Part shown: positions 60,303-64,000 of the stretch, piece by piece
How positions within the stretch are numbered: the first letter of the stretch is position 1
Layout of the letters: each line of letters opens with the position of its first letter
Source of the DNA: Polyangiales bacterium
Lineage (GTDB): Bacteria; Myxococcota_A; Polyangia; Polyangiales; Ga0077539
Reading direction: 5' to 3'
NCBI GenBank assembly: GCA_044229975.1
Contig: JBGARZ010000008.1
Coordinates: 32,001-96,000, forward strand
Length of the DNA: 64,000 nucleotides
The notes under the pieces: model-generated
Told to the model about the DNA's origin: nothing
Seen by the model: only the letters and a program-made list of their open reading frames with translations
Database searches by the model: none
Position numbers and translations under genes: made by a program

Positions 60303-60801
60303 CGAGCGACCACACCACGCGCACGTCAGCCTGCACCCGCAGCGCACCCAGCATCGCGCGAAACGGCGTGATCCCCCACGTCGGCTGGTGCACCGTCGCC
60401 TCGCAGACGAGTCGCCCCGCCTCGCGCCGCAGCCGCACCACCAGCGGGCGCGTCACCCCGCAAAGCGTCAGCGCGCCCTCCACCACCCGCGGGTCGTCGC
60501 CCTCCCAGCGGCCCTCGAAGCGCACCTCGGCGTAGCGCCCGCAGCGCAGCACTTCGCCCCGTAGCGACGCCTCGATCTTCGCGCGGTCGCCCGTCGACAG
60601 CCTACCGTGGTCGTCGGCGCCGTCACGTCGCGCGCAGATCACTTCGACCGACGGAGACTCCACCCGCGCGGCCACCCGACGCGCGTCGCGGTCGAGCTCC
60701 ACCTGCCAGCGCGTGGCCCGCAGCGCGAGGTCGTGACCCACCGCCGAGAGCGCGCCCTCGCGGAACGTGTACAACCGCAGCTCGCCCGCGGTGACGATCA
60801 C
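60292..60801 (-). CDS. YceI-family protein
   Basis: GHDL, VEGALTLCGVTRPL, WGITPFRAMLGALRV. Confidence 0.75.
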   Translation of the reverse strand: MIVTAGELRLYTFREGALSAVGHDLALRATRWQVELDRDARRVAARVESPSVEVICARRDGADDHGRLSTGDRAKIEASLRGEVLRCGRYAEVRFEGRWEGDDPRVVEGALTLCGVTRPLVVRLRREAGRLVCEATVHQPTWGITPFRAMLGALRVQADVRVVWSLDGV

Positions 60802-60804
60802 CCG

Positions 60805-62013
60805 TCAGCTCTTCAGCACGCCGAGGCGCTTACCAATCGCAGTAAAAGCCGCGACGGCGTGGTCGAGGTCTTCGCGCTCGTGCACCGCCGAGAGCTGCAC
60901 GCGGATGCGCGCCTCGCCCTTGGGCACCACCGGGAAGAAGAACCCGATCACGTAGATGCCCTCGTCCAACAGCGCCGCGGCGAAGTCCTGCGCGAGTCGC
61001 GCGTCACCGAGCATCACCGGCACGATGGGGTGAAACCCCGGCTTCAGCGTGAAGCCCGCGCGGGTCATCGCCTCGCGGAAGTACAGCGCGTTGCCCATCA
61101 CCTTGTCGCGCAGCGCCGTGCTCTGCGAGAGCAGGTCGAGCACCGCGATGGACGCGCCCACGATGGACGGCGCCACCGTGTTGGAGAAGAGGTACGGTCG
61201 CGACCGCTGGCGCAGCAGCTCGACGACCTCCCTGCGCGACGCCGTGAAGCCGCCCGATGCGCCGCCGAGGGCCTTGCCCAGCGTCCCCGTGATGATGTCC
61301 ACCCGGCCCATCACGTTGCAGTGTTCGGCGGTGCCGCGGCCGGTCTTCCCGATGAAGCCCGTGGCGTGGCACTCGTCGATCATCACCAGCGCGTCGTACC
61401 TGTCCGCGAGGTCGCAGATGGCGTCGAGCTTCGCGAGGTAGCCGTCCATCGAGAACGCCCCGTCGGTCGCGATGAGCCGCGTGCGCTTGTCCTGCGTGGC
61501 CTTCAAGAGTTCTTCGAGCGCGGCCATGTCGCCGTTGGGGTAGCGGTGGCGGTCGGCCTTGCAGAGACGGATGCCGTCGATGATCGAGGCGTGGTTGAGC
61601 GCGTCGGAGATGACCGCGTCCTCCTCGCCGAGGATCGTCTCGAACAAGCCTCCGTTGGCGTCGAAGGCCGAGCCGTAGAGGATGGCGTCTTCGGTTCCGA
61701 GGAAGGCGGCGAGCTTGCGTTCGAGGGTCTTGTGGAGATCCTGCGTGCCGCAGATGAAGCGCACCGACGAGAGGCCGAAGCCGTGCGAGTCGATGGCCGC
61801 GTGGGCGGCCGCGATCACCGCGGGGTGGGCGCTCAGTCCGAGGTAGTTGTTGGCGCAGAAGTTCAGCACCTCGAGCTGCTTCGTCTCGCCCGGCGGGACC
61901 ACCCCGATGCGGGCGCCCTGCGGGCTCACGATGACCCGTTCGGTCTTGAAGAGACCGGCGGCGCGAATCTCGTCGAGGGTGCTGGCGAAGCGTTGCTGGG
62001 CGTTGCGGTACAT
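60805..62013 (-). CDS. kbl: 2-amino-3-ketobutyrate CoA ligase (glycine C-acetyltransferase)
   Basis: [51 protein letters not shown]. Confidence 0.95.
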   Translation of the reverse strand: MYRNAQQRFASTLDEIRAAGLFKTERVIVSPQGARIGVVPPGETKQLEVLNFCANNYLGLSAHPAVIAAAHAAIDSHGFGLSSVRFICGTQDLHKTLERKLAAFLGTEDAILYGSAFDANGGLFETILGEEDAVISDALNHASIIDGIRLCKADRHRYPNGDMAALEELLKATQDKRTRLIATDGAFSMDGYLAKLDAICDLADRYDALVMIDECHATGFIGKTGRGTAEHCNVMGRVDIITGTLGKALGGASGGFTASRREVVELLRQRSRPYLFSNTVAPSIVGASIAVLDLLSQSTALRDKVMGNALYFREAMTRAGFTLKPGFHPIVPVMLGDARLAQDFAAALLDEGIYVIGFFFPVVPKGEARIRVQLSAVHEREDLDHAVAAFTAIGKRLGVLKS

Positions 62014-62073
62014 CGGTCTTCCTCCGGGCCGTGCGACGGCGACCGGAGGGATATCAGACCGCGGGGACGGGCG

Positions 62074-63054
62074 TCACTGGATGCAGAACATCCCAGGAGC
62101 CGTGCAGATGTTGCGAAGCGGGTTGCAGCACACCATGCCCGCGGCGCAGGTGGTGGTTCCACAGCGCGGGCCCGTGGGGTTGGGCTGGCAGCGAACGCCC
62201 GCCGCGTCGGCGACGCAGGTGGTGCCCGCGGTGCAGCGCACGGTGGCGCAGCGGGTGATGCACGCCGGGCCCGAGTCGCTCTGGTAACACATCTGACCCG
62301 CGGGGCAGCCGGGGTTGCTGTTCTCGCAGGTGCGCGGAACGCAGTGGGCGCCGGTCGCATCGGCGACGCAGGTGGTGGTCGCCGTGCAGCGAACGGTGGC
62401 GCAGGCCGTGATGCACTGCGCGCCATCAGGGGTGTCCTGGCAGATGTTGCCCGGCGCACAGGTGGTGGTCGCGCAGGTGGGGCGCGGCGGCTGGCCGCAG
62501 CGGTAGCGGCAGGCGTTGGCCTCGCACGAGAAGTAGCCCACGCAGCGCGGGGTGATGAGGCCCTGCTCGGCGCACTGGTCAGCGTCGGAGCAGTACGAGG
62601 TGGCCTTGCGAAGGCGCGCGACGATGCGGCCGCCCTGCGCGAGGGTGAGCGTCGTGCCGTTGAGCGTGTACGCGTAGGCCGTCCCATAGAAGGGCGCCGC
62701 CTCGGGCGAGGGGCGGTCGGGGTGACGGAAGGTGAGGTTGCGGGTGCCGGCGGTCACGCGGCCTTCGAGGTGCGCCTGCGAGGGGCACGGCGTGGTGATG
62801 CAGCGGATGCCCGTGTCGACGTCGGCGAAGAAGTGCCGGCCCTGACCCTCAGGAGTGCGGGTGATCACGAGGCCCTGAAACGGACCGCTCACGTTGACCC
62901 AGGCGCCCGCGAGGCGTTCCCAGTCGCGGTTGCTGAGCTCGTCGGCCGTGACGTCGGTCTCGTCGAGGGTGTTGTCACCGCCGCCGATACAGCCGGCCGA
63001 GAGCGCGCCGACCACCAGGAGACCCGCGAAGCCGAAGAACGAAGAGCGCAACAT
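62074..63054 (-). CDS. Cysteine-rich lipoprotein with internal repeats
   Basis: LSAGC lipobox; GIRCITTPCP; duplicated CITxCATVRCTxxTTCVADA; GGAGG RBS upstream. Confidence 0.8.
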   Translation of the reverse strand: MLRSSFFGFAGLLVVGALSAGCIGGGDNTLDETDVTADELSNRDWERLAGAWVNVSGPFQGLVITRTPEGQGRHFFADVDTGIRCITTPCPSQAHLEGRVTAGTRNLTFRHPDRPSPEAAPFYGTAYAYTLNGTTLTLAQGGRIVARLRKATSYCSDADQCAEQGLITPRCVGYFSCEANACRYRCGQPPRPTCATTTCAPGNICQDTPDGAQCITACATVRCTATTTCVADATGAHCVPRTCENSNPGCPAGQMCYQSDSGPACITRCATVRCTAGTTCVADAAGVRCQPNPTGPRCGTTTCAAGMVCCNPLRNICTAPGMFCIQ

Positions 63055-63194
63055 GGATGAAAACCTCCTGAAAACAGGATGAACAGGTTGATGCGGACCC
63101 AAAGCCCGGGCGCTACCTAGCACCACTTGCACCTACATGGAAGTACCCCTTCCTTCATGGAGCAATCCGGGTGGATCGGAAGGGGCGGAGGGGC

Positions 63195-64000
63195 CTATCG
63201 GGTGGGGTCGCGGAAGGCAGGCCCGCGACGTGGTGCCCGACGCTGCACCTCGGCGAGGAGCCCGGTGAGGTTTTCGCAGACGGGCGTCGGCGGCGTCGGG
63301 GTGACGCGGGCGCGCAGGGCCTGGACACGCTCGGCGGCTTGCGTGAGCCGGGCGTGGAAGCCCTCGTCCTCGGCGGCGCGGCGAGCCATCGCGTGGCGGG
63401 CCTCCTCGGCCTGCGTCGGGGAGTGGGCGATGGTGATGAGGTCGTTGCCCGCGGCCATCGCCCGCACGGCGGCCGCAGCGACTCCCCAGGTGTCGCGGAC
63501 GGGAGCCATCTCCAGGTCGTCGGTGACGGCCACACCGCGTACGCCCGCCACGTCGCGCAACAGGTCCGTCACGCAGCGGGCGGAGAGCGACGCGGGGAAG
63601 TCGCGGTCGACGCCCTCGTAGACGACGTGCGCGACCATCACGGCCGCGACGGTCGAGGCCACGGCCTGGAAGGGGATGAGCTCCACGCGGCGCAGCGACT
63701 CCACCGTCGCCGAGACGCGGGGGAGGACGTGGTGGGAGTCCTCGCGCGTTCCGCCGTGACCGGGGAAGTGCTTGGCGCAGGCGAGCACGCCGGTCGCCTG
63801 CATCGCGCGCACGAAGACCTCGCCGTGACGCGCGACCTTCGCCGCGTCGCCACCAAAGACGCGACCCGGGACCACCCCGTTGTTGGGGTCGGTGCACACG
63901 TCGAGGACGGGCGCGAGGTTCATGGAGACGCCCACGTCGAGGAGGCTGCGGCCCAGCGCGGCAGCGACGCGGCCGGTGAGCTCGACGTCGTCGATGGACC
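63195..64000 (-). CDS. nagZ: GH3 beta-N-acetylhexosaminidase (5' end outside the window)
   Basis: NLAPVLDV, KHFPGHG..DSH, VTDDLEM. Confidence 0.88.
   Translation of the reverse strand, partial: SIDDVELTGRVAAALGRSLLDVGVSMNLAPVLDVCTDPNNGVVPGRVFGGDAAKVARHGEVFVRAMQATGVLACAKHFPGHGGTREDSHHVLPRVSATVESLRRVELIPFQAVASTVAAVMVAHVVYEGVDRDFPASLSARCVTDLLRDVAGVRGVAVTDDLEMAPVRDTWGVAAAAVRAMAAGNDLITIAHSPTQAEEARHAMARRAAEDEGFHARLTQAAERVQALRARVTPTPPTPVCENLTGLLAEVQRRAPRRGPAFRDPTR

Noticed and set aside
63055..63194. AT-richer leader as a riboswitch or ncRNA
   Set aside because: No recognisable family motif; consistent with an ordinary promoter and RBS region.

Overview
High-GC chromosomal window. The gene content (three Hanks-type Ser/Thr kinases, CglF/GltF- and GltG/AgmX-like gliding proteins, sigma-54 regulators, Cys-rich lipoproteins) points to Myxococcota, probably Polyangia (inference). 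Most of it is housekeeping or accessory: yhbY, gpsA, aminopeptidase P, comM/yifB, a surface-polysaccharide cluster (asnB, heparinase II/III, GT4, PglC/PglE/PglF-like), GH13 amylase, terC, coaX, a cyoE-sco-coxB-coxA cluster, a two-component system, an ECF sigma factor, phrB, kbl and nagZ. Main points of interest: (1) a lower-GC, translationally coupled three-gene cassette at 47355-50595 (HEPN-like protein, ParA/MinD-like ATPase with a KGGVGR Walker A, second P-loop ATPase) that looks like an uncharacterised defence/conflict system; (2) a solo Y1/HUH transposase bracketed by 88-bp inverted repeats, plus a REPIN-like hairpin 28 kb away; (3) a heme-copper oxidase that keeps all metal ligands but appears to have lost proton-channel residues; (4) a 1.4-kb patchwork of TolC, MFS and sigma-54 regulator fragments. 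No tRNA, rRNA or CRISPR array was recognised. All family calls come from motif recognition by eye, not database searches, and several starts were trimmed relative to the ORF track.
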